A DNA stretch of 64,000 bases from Candidatus Saccharimonadota bacterium (lineage in GTDB: Bacteria; Patescibacteriota; Saccharimonadia; Saccharimonadales; UBA10212). Made by a program: the position numbers and the translations under genes. Shown here one piece after another: positions 36,424-46,194 of the stretch. Location of the stretch: NCBI GenBank assembly GCA_013815775.1, contig JACDFN010000001.1:241858-305857 (forward strand). The letters run 5' to 3'. The notes beneath the pieces are model-generated. The model did no database searches, was not told where the DNA came from, and saw nothing but the letters and a program-made list of their open reading frames with translations. Positions within the stretch are counted from its first letter, which is position 1. Each line of letters begins with the position of its first letter.

Positions 36424-38055
36424 TTAACTTCGGGGGAGATGCTCGTGGCGGTGCGCCAGATTATACTCACCGCGCATTAGTCCCTTTACTTCTTCTCTGG
36501 TGGCCGATTTTACACCGGGGTTTAAGATGCCATAGGGGTCGAAGATCTTTTTTACTTGCTCCATAACATGGTACAGGTCCCGGCCGTACATTCGCTCTAC
36601 GTACGGTGCCCGAACCCGGCCATCTCCGGCCGACGCCGTAATGCTGCCGCCCATTTCTATAACGGTAGAATAAATACTCTCGGCAACCCTAAACAGCTTT
36701 TGACGGTCGCCCGTTTGGCCTAAATCTAGCATTGGCTGCATGCGAACTATACCGTCCCCGGCATGCCCCCATGCGGCGGCAACTAGACCGGCATTGCCGT
36801 ATATTTCTGCTGCCTTTTGAAGAAACTCTGCCAGATGAGTTAGCGGCACAGACACATCCTCTGCAACCGGAACTGCTTTGCTTTGGCCCTGGCTGTGCAT
36901 GAGTATGGTGGAAACGCTTTCCCGAATTTTCCAGATTTTTTCTTGCTCGCTTACCCGAGAGTCATGCGTAATATAGCCGTCAACTTTTTCGACAATTTTT
37001 TGAAGTTTTTTAATGGCCCTCTTTTGGCTGAGGTCTTTTTGAAAGTCAAACTCTACAAATAAATGTATAGCCGAAGCCGGGTGGTCTACCAGGCCAGCCA
37101 AAAGGTGAGGGTTAAGGCGTGAAACTTGCTGAATGGCAGACTTGCTAACCATATCAAAAATACTGGGCTCTAGCTCTAAGATTTTAGGAAGTACATCATG
37201 AAAATCCTTTAAGTCCTGCAAGCTTACCATGGCTAAGTGAGTTGAGGGGTTGTGTGGAATAACATCAAGCGTGGCTTCGGTGATAATACCCAAAGTGCCC
37301 TGGGAGCCAATGAAAAGAGGAGCCAGATCTATCCCGTCTTTGTTTTTTACATCAAAGACATTGTAGCCAGCCGCATTGTGGATTGCTTTTAGCCTATTTC
37401 TGCCCTCGCCTATAATTTGCTCGTTATCTTCCAGTAGCCCGTCAATGGCCCGATATATTTCGCCCTCAAAAGAAGACATGCCAAGTTTTTTATTAAGTTC
37501 TTTCTTACCAATGCGACCGGTTTCTATTACCTCTCCGTTAGCCAAAACTACCCTAAGTTGCCGCACGTGTCTGCCAAGGGGACCGTATTTTACCGATTTT
37601 TCACCAACGGCGTTGTTGGCTATAGAGCCTCCAAGGGTAGCGTAGTGGCTGGAGGTGGGATAGGAAGGTAAGAATAAACCGTGGGTGTAGAGCACTTGCT
37701 CTAGCTTGTCGAAATTGACTCCGGGCTCTACCGTAATCATCTCTTTTTTAGTGTCAAAACTTAAAATTCGGTTGGTATGGGCAGTAAAAACTAGCATTAT
37801 TCCGCTGCCAAGAGCGGCGCCTGAAGTATCGCTACCGCCGCCTCGGGCAGTAATGGGCAATACCCGCCCCCGTTCGGCTAACTGCCAGCAAAAGCGGGCT
37901 GTCTTTCTGACGTCGTTTTCGTTTCTGGGGTAGGCGACTATGGCCGGAGCCAGCCGTAAAATACTGGCATCGTGGGCAAAATGTCTTCTTACCTCTGGGC
38001 TGGCGGTAACTTCACCTAAAAGATGTTCTTGTAAATAGTGGGCGACCTTACTCAT
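36424..38055 (-). CDS. FAD-binding oxidoreductase (GlcD/D-2-hydroxyacid dehydrogenase-like)
   Basis: ARGGGS, ATLGGSIANNA, GSQGTLGIITE, KKIFDPYGILNPG. Confidence 0.88.
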   Translation of the reverse strand: MSKVAHYLQEHLLGEVTASPEVRRHFAHDASILRLAPAIVAYPRNENDVRKTARFCWQLAERGRVLPITARGGGSDTSGAALGSGIMLVFTAHTNRILSFDTKKEMITVEPGVNFDKLEQVLYTHGLFLPSYPTSSHYATLGGSIANNAVGEKSVKYGPLGRHVRQLRVVLANGEVIETGRIGKKELNKKLGMSSFEGEIYRAIDGLLEDNEQIIGEGRNRLKAIHNAAGYNVFDVKNKDGIDLAPLFIGSQGTLGIITEATLDVIPHNPSTHLAMVSLQDLKDFHDVLPKILELEPSIFDMVSKSAIQQVSRLNPHLLAGLVDHPASAIHLFVEFDFQKDLSQKRAIKKLQKIVEKVDGYITHDSRVSEQEKIWKIRESVSTILMHSQGQSKAVPVAEDVSVPLTHLAEFLQKAAEIYGNAGLVAAAWGHAGDGIVRMQPMLDLGQTGDRQKLFRVAESIYSTVIEMGGSITASAGDGRVRAPYVERMYGRDLYHVMEQVKKIFDPYGILNPGVKSATREEVKGLMRGEYNLAHRHEHLPRS

Positions 38056-38181
38056 TTAGAAACAGGACCTCTTTGATGTATCAGCTTATGCTTGTTATAT
38101 ATGCCTTAATATACCACGTTCACCTTGTCATGGTCAGGGAGCTGGAGTACAATTACTGCGCAATTTAAGCTGTTCATGCGA

Positions 38182-38268
38182 GGGCGAATGGCGGAATTGG
38201 TAGACGCGCTACGTTCAGGACGTAGTGAGTGCAAACTCGTGGAGGTTCAAGTCCTCTTTCGCCCACCA
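38182..38268 (+). tRNA. tRNA-Leu(CAG)
   Basis: CTACG-TTCAGGA-CGTAG, long variable arm, CCA. Confidence 0.95.
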
Positions 38269-38312
38269 TCAAATTAAAGCTTCTCCCGCTTGGAGATTTT
38301 GTATATAGAAAT

Positions 38313-39458
38313 TTAGCGGAAAATGCGCCAACGTAGGGCTGGAGCATTAATATCTTGGGCAAGCACTGCTGCAACTTGTTGCTTTTGATTACCGGAGCTT
38401 ACTTCTACAGTCCCTACCTGGCTGCCTTTTTTAATGGGAGTTTCTTGTGGATTAAGACTTGTGGTGAACTTAGTTTTAGATCCTTTCCACCTAAACACCG
38501 AGATATTTTCCTTGGCGTGGGCTGTAACCTTTCCGCCCCAAGCAACTGTGTACTCTCCTAGGCTTTGTCCTTTTTGGACCACAACGACTTCTTCGAACCC
38601 AGTGTCGCTGGCCCTGAGTAATGCTCGGGAGTCTACCATAGCGGTAGTTAGATTTGGCGCCCCCATAACTGCGCCAATGGTAGTTATTTGGTGTCCGGAC
38701 ACCACTCTTTTAGAAGCTACTAGATAGCAACCTCCGGCACCCTCGGTGTTACCTGTCTTTATTCCGACTATGCCGTCTTGGTTAAGCTGTCTATTTACGT
38801 TTCTAATTAACCCGGCTACCGGGATTGTTGCTTCCGGCTGGTTCACTATATCCGCAATTACGGGATTATTTAGAGCTAGTTCGCCTACTTTAACCAGATT
38901 ATTGGCTGTGCTGATGGTTTGGTCAGAAAAGCCTGTGGCGTCGGCTATTTTAGTATCAGTAAGTCCCTGGGCCTGAACGTATTGATTAGAACTCTTTAAA
39001 TAATTATCAACCGACCCAAAGGCCCAAACGGCGAGCGTATCGGCTATATTGTTGGCCGAAGGTAAAAGCAAGGCCTGGAGCGCCTGGTACTGGCTAATTT
39101 GGGACCCCACCGCTACCTGGGTAACCGAGCCACCCAAGGCGTAATATTTTTCATACAAGGCCGCATCGGCATCAGTTAAAGAAATTGCTGGTCCTTGGCT
39201 TCCTGGCTGCAGGGGTTTTTGTTTCAAGACTACAAGCGCTGTTATTACCTTAGCGGTGCTTGCCATGGGAGCGGACTTCTGAGAACCGCTACTGGCTAGG
39301 ACTCCGTGGCCTACTGCCCCAATAGCCGACTGCCCATAAGCGGGCCAGGGCAGACTAACGGCTGCTGCGGCGGGTAAAGTTGGCACCAAGCCTGTAGCCG
39401 CTGCCTGCGGAATGGGACGTGCGTAAGCAAATACCAGCAAAGCTATCAGCAACGACAA
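38313..39458 (-). CDS. D-alanyl-D-alanine carboxypeptidase (PBP5/DacA family)
   Basis: SxxK (ASTAK), SxN (SANN), KTG, C-terminal PBP5 domain; start uncertain. Confidence 0.9.
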   Translation of the reverse strand: MSLLIALLVFAYARPIPQAAATGLVPTLPAAAAVSLPWPAYGQSAIGAVGHGVLASSGSQKSAPMASTAKVITALVVLKQKPLQPGSQGPAISLTDADAALYEKYYALGGSVTQVAVGSQISQYQALQALLLPSANNIADTLAVWAFGSVDNYLKSSNQYVQAQGLTDTKIADATGFSDQTISTANNLVKVGELALNNPVIADIVNQPEATIPVAGLIRNVNRQLNQDGIVGIKTGNTEGAGGCYLVASKRVVSGHQITTIGAVMGAPNLTTAMVDSRALLRASDTGFEEVVVVQKGQSLGEYTVAWGGKVTAHAKENISVFRWKGSKTKFTTSLNPQETPIKKGSQVGTVEVSSGNQKQQVAAVLAQDINAPALRWRIFR

Positions 39459-39606
39459 AATACCGACTTCAAGCTTCTTTATTTTTAGAATTCCTTTCGT
39501 GCTTATATCCTAGTCTCATAATACAACCTTACACCTATTTACCCCTTATATTTTCGGTAGATTTACTGTATAATTAAGATTAAATAAGGAGTTTGCAAAG
39601 GATACC

Positions 39607-40191
39607 ATGACACCAATTATTACAATAGCCATCATTCTAGTTTTGCTTGCGGCTGTAGTCTTCATTTATAACAGTCTAGTGCGGGTTAAAATCCGGGTTG
39701 ACGAAGCCTGGAGCGACATAACTGTTCAAATGAAGCGCCGCTATGATTTAATACCCAACCTAATTAACACTGTAAAGGGTTATGCTAAGCACGAAAGGGA
39801 AGTTTTTGAGAAAGTAACCGAAACAAGGGCCCAAGCAATGAGCGCCCAATCAGTTGGCGAAGTTGCCGAAACGGACAATCAGTTTCAGGCAGCCCTAAAG
39901 AGCCTGTTTGCGGTGGCTGAAGCTTATCCTGACTTGAAAGCTAATGAGAACTTTCAGCACCTGCAGGCAGAGCTTGTGGATACTGAAGATAAAATTCAAG
40001 CGGCTCGACGTTTTTATAACGGCGCCGTCCGCGACCTGAACATTAAAATCCAAAGCTTGCCCACAAATTTCTTTGCCAACATATTAGGCTTTAAAGAGCG
40101 GGAATTTTTTGAAGTTGATGCTGGTGAGAGCGCTTCTGTGGAGCAACCCGTTAAAGTAGACTTTTCGGCTGATGCCGCACCTAAGAAATAA
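39607..40191 (+). CDS. lemA: LemA family protein
   Basis: YNSLV...AWSDI.VQMKRRYDLIPNL, EAYPDLKAN, ARRFYN. Confidence 0.95.
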   Translation: MTPIITIAIILVLLAAVVFIYNSLVRVKIRVDEAWSDITVQMKRRYDLIPNLINTVKGYAKHEREVFEKVTETRAQAMSAQSVGEVAETDNQFQAALKSLFAVAEAYPDLKANENFQHLQAELVDTEDKIQAARRFYNGAVRDLNIKIQSLPTNFFANILGFKEREFFEVDAGESASVEQPVKVDFSADAAPKK

Positions 40192-40212
40192 TTAGCAGAC
40201 TTTAAAGAAACA

Positions 40213-41082
40213 ATGTACAACCAAATTTCTAGCAATAAACGACGCACTGTTTTCCTTCTTTTAGGGTTTGTGATTATTTTATGGGGGCTTGCATACGTAA
40301 TAAGCAAAGCCACCGGAGAGCCTGGTCTACTCTTTATAATTGGCCTTTTTTCTTTAAGCTATGCGCTTTTTAGTTATTTCGTAGGGAGTCGTATGGCCCT
40401 GGCTATTAACGGGGCCAAGGAAATATCTAAAAAAGACAACCCCCGCTTATGGCGGATAGTTGAAAACCTGGCTATTACCGAAGGTATGCCCATGCCCAAG
40501 GTTTATGTAATGGATGATCCGGCGCCAAACGCTTTTGCCACTGGCCGTAAACCGGACAAATCAGTTGTAGCCGCTACCACCGGACTGTTAAAAATAATGA
40601 ATGATTCTGAGCTTGAGGGTGTTATGGCCCACGAGCTAGGCCACATTAAAAATTACGATATGAGAGTTAATACAATTGCATTCGCCCTGGTTGGAATAAT
40701 TGCTATGATAGGTGACTTTTTCCTGCGGATATCTTTATTTGGACGGGACCGCAACAGTAATGGGAACCAACTTTTTATGGTAATTGCAATTGTGGCGGTT
40801 ATAGTTGCACCAATTGCGGCTACGCTCATTCAGCTGGCAATTAGCCGCCGCCGTGAATTCTTAGCCGACGCAACGGGAGCCCTTACCACTAGATATCCCG
40901 AAGGTTTAGCCAATGCACTGCGAAAAATTGGAAAATATGGAAGCGCTACAAAAAAACAAAACACTGCAACGGCTCACATGTTTTTCGCCAACCCATTGTC
41001 CGGAAAAGTCATAGCCGGGCTGTTTAGCACTCATCCACCGGTTGAGCAACGGGTCAAAATTTTGCTTGAGATGAAGCTTTAA
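40213..41082 (+). CDS. htpX: M48 zinc metalloprotease HtpX
   Basis: PNAFATG, AHELGH, SRRREFLADA, FSTHPP. Confidence 0.93.
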   Translation: MYNQISSNKRRTVFLLLGFVIILWGLAYVISKATGEPGLLFIIGLFSLSYALFSYFVGSRMALAINGAKEISKKDNPRLWRIVENLAITEGMPMPKVYVMDDPAPNAFATGRKPDKSVVAATTGLLKIMNDSELEGVMAHELGHIKNYDMRVNTIAFALVGIIAMIGDFFLRISLFGRDRNSNGNQLFMVIAIVAVIVAPIAATLIQLAISRRREFLADATGALTTRYPEGLANALRKIGKYGSATKKQNTATAHMFFANPLSGKVIAGLFSTHPPVEQRVKILLEMKL

Positions 41083-41108
41083 GGCACATCTCAGATATAA
41101 TAATCTTT

Positions 41109-42044
41109 ATGGTGAAGGCTGGAAAAAACAAGCGGCCTGGGAGTAAGATTTCCAAGACATCCCAGAAAAAAAAGGCTACTCAAAAAGCCGCTAGTAAACC
41201 GGTTAAGAGAGTAGTCCATGAGGTTACAAAGATTCCCGGCAGTTTTTATTTAACGAAGTATGTGCTGGGAATATTCAAGCAGAACTGGAGAGTCCTTGGC
41301 GGTATTACGCTTATTTACGTATTAGTTAATTCCCTTTTCGCCAACGGTATTTCTAACTTTACGTCAGCGCTAACTAGCATTGATGACAATACTGGGGCGG
41401 GCAGCGGCACAGTCTTTGGGGCGTTAAATGGGTTTGCCGGTCTGCTGGGGGGTAATGGTTCGCCAACCGGTTCGGCACTGCAGACGGTGCTTGTGATTAT
41501 TGAGAGCTTGGTAATTATTTGGGCGCTGAGGCACCTGGTTGCAGGAAAGCCTATCAGCATAAAGCAGGCTTATTACCACTCTATGGGCCCGCTAGTACCA
41601 TTCGTAATTGTTTTATCGGTTATTGTCATTCAGTTAATACCCCTGACGTTAGGCACCGCGGCCCTCGGGGTCGTCTTATCTAGTGTTTTTACCAGCGAGT
41701 CTTTAGTAATAATTCTTTTCAGCATTTTGTTTACTATTTTGGCCGCTTGGTCGCTTTATATGTTAACCAGCTCTGTACTGGCTCTTTATATTGTTACACT
41801 GCCAGACATGCACCCCAGGCAGGCTCTGCGCGCCGCCAAAAGTCTGGTTAAATCACGCCGCTGGCAACTGATGCGCAGGTTGGTTTACGTACCTCTCTTT
41901 ATTCTCGTGGTCATGGCGGCGGTTGTTTTGCCTCTGGCCATCTTGCTGCCCTGGGCTGCGGTAATTGCTTATTATCTAATTGGGGCGCTGTCTATTTTGT
42001 TTGTACATACCTTTTTGTACAGCCTTTACCGGAGCTTAATATGA
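41109..42044 (+). CDS. multi-pass membrane protein
   Basis: Basic N-terminus and about six TM helices. Confidence 0.75.
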   Translation: MVKAGKNKRPGSKISKTSQKKKATQKAASKPVKRVVHEVTKIPGSFYLTKYVLGIFKQNWRVLGGITLIYVLVNSLFANGISNFTSALTSIDDNTGAGSGTVFGALNGFAGLLGGNGSPTGSALQTVLVIIESLVIIWALRHLVAGKPISIKQAYYHSMGPLVPFVIVLSVIVIQLIPLTLGTAALGVVLSSVFTSESLVIILFSILFTILAAWSLYMLTSSVLALYIVTLPDMHPRQALRAAKSLVKSRRWQLMRRLVYVPLFILVVMAAVVLPLAILLPWAAVIAYYLIGALSILFVHTFLYSLYRSLI

Positions 42045-44059
42045 CGAATCCTAAAGATAGAGCCGCCAAGCTAAGAGATTTGATTAACAACTACCGTTAT
42101 AACTATCACGTGCTCAACAAGTCCATTATGAGTGAAGCGGCAGCCGACAGCCTAAAGCATGAGCTGACTCAAATAGAAACTGAAAATCCAGAACTTATAA
42201 CTCCAGACTCGCCGACGCAGCGCGTAGCCGGCAGGCCCCTGCCAGGATTTTCTCAGATTAAACATTCAAGCCGGATGCTCAGTCTAAACGATGTGTTTGA
42301 TGAAGCAGAACTTGGAGCATGGGTTAAACGGATAACCAAACTTTTACCTTCCGATACCAAGCTTGAATATTTCATGGACCTAAAAATGGACGGCTTGGCA
42401 GCGGCTCTTATTTACGAAGATGGAATCTTAAAACAGGCCGTTACCCGTGGGGACGGTTTTGTAGGCGAGGATGTTACGGCTAACGTGCGAACGATAGAGT
42501 CTGTTCCGCTTCGGTTGCGAGAATCTAGCCACCATGCAGACTTTCTGGAAGGCCGAACCGAAGTACGCGGTGAAATTGTAATGTATAAAAAAGACTTCCA
42601 AGCTTTGAACAAACAACGACAAGTCGTGAGCTTACCAACTTTTGCAAACCCCCGAAACCTTGCCGCCGGAACTATTCGACAGCTTGATCCGCAGCTGGTA
42701 GCTGCCCGACCGCTTCAATTCCATGCCTATGACGTTATGCGCGAGCACCCCGAAGAAGTACCCACCAACAAGTTTGCCTACGAAGCCCTTAGAAGTCTTG
42801 GTTTGGTGGCTAATTCGGTGGCTACTTCTGCACATTCTGTAAAGGAAATTTTAAATTTTGCCAGAACCTGGGAGAAAAAGCGTCAAAAACTGCCTTTTAA
42901 CACAGACGGCCTTGTAGTGAAAATCAATGACAGGGTTATTTATGATCAACTAGGTGTGGTTGGTAAGGCGCCACGTGGTGCTGTGGCCTTTAAATATCCC
43001 GCAGAGCAGGCGACAACCAAAGTAAAAGATATATTTGTAAGCATTGGCCGCACCGGAGCTGCTACGCCGGTTGCCATGCTGGAACCTGTAGTTGTTGCTG
43101 GCAGTACGGTGCAAATGGCTACACTGCACAACGAGGGAGAAATAAGCCGTAAAGACATTAGGGTGGGTGACAGCGTTATAGTTCAAAAAGCCGGCGATGT
43201 AATACCTGAGGTGGTACGCCCTTTAAAGGAGCTTAGAGACGGCACAGAAAAGACTTTTGAAATGCCTAAAAATTGCCCAGAATGCGCCACGAAACTTATA
43301 AAAGCAAAAGAAACTGAGGCTATATGGCGTTGTCCAAATAATTCTTGTCCATCCAGGGCCTGGAAGACTATTCAACATTTTGCTTCTAAAGCAGCATTAG
43401 ACATAGAAGGACTTGGCGAGAAGAACGTAATTGCTTTGATTAAAGCTAACCTTGTTAAGGACCCAGCCGAACTCTATAACCTTAACAAGGATGATGTCCT
43501 TAAGCTTGAACGATTCGCCGAAATCTCTGCAGGAAAGCTAGTCAATGCAATCAAGGCCAAAAAACAACCCGACTTGGCAAGATTTATATACGGACTGGGT
43601 ATCCGCCACGTAGGTGTCCAAACCGCAATTGATTTAGCCGCTACCTTTAAATCGCTTAACAAGTTAAGTAATTCTACAATTGACGAGCTTAGCAGAGTGG
43701 AAGGAATAGGCGAGGTGGTTGCCGAGTCTGTGGTGGAATGGTTTTCGCGTCCTTCCAATCAAAAACTTCTAGCCAAATTTGAAAAAAATGGAGTAAAGCC
43801 GCAGAAATCCCACGAAGTGTCGGGTCCTCTGCTGGGCCTAAGTTTTGTGATAACAGGCAATATTGATTCCATGAGCCGTGAACAGGCTGCCGATAAAATA
43901 CGTGAGCTGGGCGGGACTTTTCAAAGCTCGGTAGGAAAGGGCACTAGCTACTTGGTAGTGGGTGAAAACGTTGGAAGCAACAAATTGGATAAAGCCCGTA
44001 AACTGGGCACGAAACTAATAGACGAAAAAGAACTCATGCGGATGCTTGACAAAGCATAA
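42041..44059 (+). CDS. ligA: NAD-dependent DNA ligase
   Basis: KMDG adenylation motif, TRGDG, ANPRN, zinc finger, BRCT. Confidence 0.97.
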   Translation: MTNPKDRAAKLRDLINNYRYNYHVLNKSIMSEAAADSLKHELTQIETENPELITPDSPTQRVAGRPLPGFSQIKHSSRMLSLNDVFDEAELGAWVKRITKLLPSDTKLEYFMDLKMDGLAAALIYEDGILKQAVTRGDGFVGEDVTANVRTIESVPLRLRESSHHADFLEGRTEVRGEIVMYKKDFQALNKQRQVVSLPTFANPRNLAAGTIRQLDPQLVAARPLQFHAYDVMREHPEEVPTNKFAYEALRSLGLVANSVATSAHSVKEILNFARTWEKKRQKLPFNTDGLVVKINDRVIYDQLGVVGKAPRGAVAFKYPAEQATTKVKDIFVSIGRTGAATPVAMLEPVVVAGSTVQMATLHNEGEISRKDIRVGDSVIVQKAGDVIPEVVRPLKELRDGTEKTFEMPKNCPECATKLIKAKETEAIWRCPNNSCPSRAWKTIQHFASKAALDIEGLGEKNVIALIKANLVKDPAELYNLNKDDVLKLERFAEISAGKLVNAIKAKKQPDLARFIYGLGIRHVGVQTAIDLAATFKSLNKLSNSTIDELSRVEGIGEVVAESVVEWFSRPSNQKLLAKFEKNGVKPQKSHEVSGPLLGLSFVITGNIDSMSREQAADKIRELGGTFQSSVGKGTSYLVVGENVGSNKLDKARKLGTKLIDEKELMRMLDKA

Positions 44060-44082
44060 GCGGGTAACGTGTAATAGTGTTA

Positions 44083-44191
44083 GCTTCGCGCACCGGGCCC
44101 GCGCCTTCGGCGTGCGAATAATAAACAGATCTAAAACCAAAGATCAAAACAAACAGCCTAACCCGGGCCCCTCGGGTGGGCTGCGCGAAGT
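44083..44191 (+). ncRNA. candidate stand-alone structured small RNA
   Basis: GCTTCGCGCA/TGCGCGAAGT closing stem, three hairpins, A-rich linkers, upstream TTGACA, own terminator. Confidence 0.6.
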
Positions 44192-44195
44192 AAAG

Positions 44196-44235
44196 CAAAA
44201 CCATCCGCTCTTTTTCGCAAGGAGCGGATTTTTGC
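44196..44235 (+). terminator. intrinsic terminator
   Basis: ATCCGCTC...GAGCGGAT-TTTTG. Confidence 0.75.
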
Positions 44236-44375
44236 ACTAATTTGACAATTTTGTAAGCCAAGTAGACACTTGCTTGCAAAATTGAGAGGAAGGTCCGACT
44301 ATAAAGTGAGCTAAGATTTTAGAATCACCAGTGATGTAAGAGCTTAGGGAACAAAAAAAGTCGAGACCTGACGAA

Positions 44376-44452
44376 GGGGCATTAGCTCAGATGGCTAGAG
44401 CGCTACATTCGCATTGTAGAGGTCGGCGGTTCGACTCCGCCATGCTCCACCA
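44376..44452 (+). tRNA. tRNA-Ala(CGC)
   Basis: GGGGCAT acceptor with G3-U70, CTACA-TTCGCAT-TGTAG, CCA. Confidence 0.93.
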
Positions 44453-44467
44453 AGCAGCGATAATTCG

Positions 44468-44992
44468 CTATGCAGCTCCTGGTTCAGGGCTTTTGTTAAC
44501 ATTCTTGAGGTAGTAATCAGTCAAGGTCTTCTCGTTGTACGAGTCAAGCTTTAATATTCTATTCCAAGACCTTATAATAATTAATCTATCGTTTTTACTT
44601 CCCGGCATTACAATTGCCTTACTGGGAGTAAATTTTGGGTTTGAATATGGCTTGCTAAATATCTTTTCCAGCTTTTCAATCGTAGCTTTGGGCATGTCCG
44701 GTCTATAGGAAATAACCAGTCCGCCATGCTCCATGTTGTGAACTACTATTTCGTTGGGTATTTCTTGTTTGTAGGCTGCCCAGGGAGCGGGTTGTTCGGC
44801 GTGGGTACCTGAAGTCGGGAACACTGTGCTGTAATTGAAAGTTTGACCTTGTGCAAGGTGCTGGCGACCTTTATCTGGTTGCTTTTGGCCTTCCGGCACT
44901 TTAGAGCTGGAGCTGTCTTTATTAAGCACGGCAAAGCCAGTGAAGCTCAGTATCAAAACGAACATAATGGCGTAAAAAATTTTATTACTCAT
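44468..44992 (-). CDS. DUF3105 domain membrane-anchored protein
   Basis: PTSGTH, VHNMEHGGLVISY, C-terminal SPE. Confidence 0.85.
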   Translation of the reverse strand: MSNKIFYAIMFVLILSFTGFAVLNKDSSSSKVPEGQKQPDKGRQHLAQGQTFNYSTVFPTSGTHAEQPAPWAAYKQEIPNEIVVHNMEHGGLVISYRPDMPKATIEKLEKIFSKPYSNPKFTPSKAIVMPGSKNDRLIIIRSWNRILKLDSYNEKTLTDYYLKNVNKSPEPGAA

Positions 44993-45005
44993 TCTTAATC
45001 TCCCT

Positions 45006-45398
45006 CTACTGCATTATATGCACATCGTGAGATTTAGGCACATCTTTATATCCAAAGTCGCCTTGCCAAGTTTGCATCATATCTATTTCCATTGACTGGG
45101 CAGACATAATTTCCTGACCGAGCTTTTTTAATTCATCGTGCTTAGCATTGGTTTGAGTTAATTTAGCCATTTCAATTGCGCCTTCGTGGTGAGCAATCAT
45201 TTCTTTCAAAAATGCCTTATCAAAGTTATCTCCTTTTAGAGCCTTCAATTCGTTTAAAACTTCTTCATTGTGCTGAGAAGTCGAAGGACTTTTCGAGTTT
45301 CTCTCAGACTGGTCATCGCCTAGGTAATAAGCTGATGAAACAACCAGACCTCCTAAGATAAACCCGATAACTCCACCTAGTAATGCTTTTGGTACCAT
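45006..45398 (-). CDS. DUF305 (CopM-like) protein
   Basis: FDKAFLKEMIAHHEGAIEMA...IMSAQSMEIDMM. Confidence 0.88.
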   Translation of the reverse strand: MVPKALLGGVIGFILGGLVVSSAYYLGDDQSERNSKSPSTSQHNEEVLNELKALKGDNFDKAFLKEMIAHHEGAIEMAKLTQTNAKHDELKKLGQEIMSAQSMEIDMMQTWQGDFGYKDVPKSHDVHIMQ

Positions 45399-45419
45399 AA
45401 AAATATTCTCCTTTAACTT

Positions 45420-45695
45420 TTATAACATTCTACTAATTGCCCCAACCAATTCATCAGCCTTGTCTATTCCATCTTTCGACTGGTTTTGATTACTAGTGAG
45501 ACAGTGCCGGGCATGGCCGCGCAGAAGCTCTAAGGCAACCTTATCTAAAGCGGCCTGAGCGGCGCTAATTTGGGTAAGAACGTCAATACAATATTTATCG
45601 TCTTGAACCATTTTAGAGATGCCTCGTACCTGGCCTTCAACTCTGTTTAGCCGCTTTTGCAGAGGGTCTTTTGTATCATAGTATCCGTACTTCAT
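45420..45695 (-). CDS. csoR: CsoR/RcnR family metal-sensing repressor
   Basis: RLNRVEGQVRGI, YCIDVLTQISA, HARHC (C-H-C copper fingerprint). Confidence 0.9.
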   Translation of the reverse strand: MKYGYYDTKDPLQKRLNRVEGQVRGISKMVQDDKYCIDVLTQISAAQAALDKVALELLRGHARHCLTSNQNQSKDGIDKADELVGAISRML

Positions 45696-45705
45696 AGTTT
45701 CTCCA

Positions 45706-46155
45706 TTAATGATTATGATGGTGTTGGTGCGCTAGGGCGTGGCCCTTGCCTCGCTTAATAAGGTAGTTATTAACCGGTAGTGCAGCAAAGAAGGCAGCAG
45801 TCAACGCTAAAGCCAGCGCCAACCAGAACACAGGGTTAACCAACCCGGCATTCATAGCCCCGGGGACGGCTAGCATCACCGAATTGTCTACGATTTCCAT
45901 GGTCGCAATGGAGAGAGTGTCAGCTGCAAAGGCAATCGACAAGGCCGCACCCAAGGTCAGACCCCCTTTGAGCAGAGGCAGTAAAGATAGAGTGTAACCA
46001 AACAAGAAAGCTAGAGTAACCGCTAAGACAATGGTAACGATATTACTTAGACCGAGCGCAGTTCCGATTAAAAGCCCGAGTACCTCTCCAATCGCACAGC
46101 CTGTCAAGCAGTGAAGGGTGGCGCTAACGGCAATACTGTTTTTAAGCATCTTCAT
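45706..46155 (-). CDS. DUF4396 membrane protein
   Basis: ATLHCLTGCAIGEVLG, ADTLSIATME, His-rich tail. Confidence 0.88.
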   Translation of the reverse strand: MKMLKNSIAVSATLHCLTGCAIGEVLGLLIGTALGLSNIVTIVLAVTLAFLFGYTLSLLPLLKGGLTLGAALSIAFAADTLSIATMEIVDNSVMLAVPGAMNAGLVNPVFWLALALALTAAFFAALPVNNYLIKRGKGHALAHQHHHNH

Positions 46156-46194
46156 ATACCCCCCTAGGGTATTATGGTCAACAGTGGTTGTCAA
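46156..46194 (-). promoter_or_regulatory. CsoR-type operator overlapping a sigma70 promoter
   Basis: ATACCCCCCTAGGGTAT palindrome at 46156-46172; TTGACA-N17-TACCCT on the minus strand. Confidence 0.75.

Noticed and set aside
38174-38374. ORF MQQCLPK...GERGLEPP and the many short antisense ORFs inside housekeeping genes
   Set aside because: Antisense translation of tRNA-Leu or of well-supported genes, with no independent support.
44034-44279. ORFs 44046-44240(+) and 44034-44279(-)
   Set aside because: They overlap the structured RNA and terminator, and lack an SD and a protein-like pattern.
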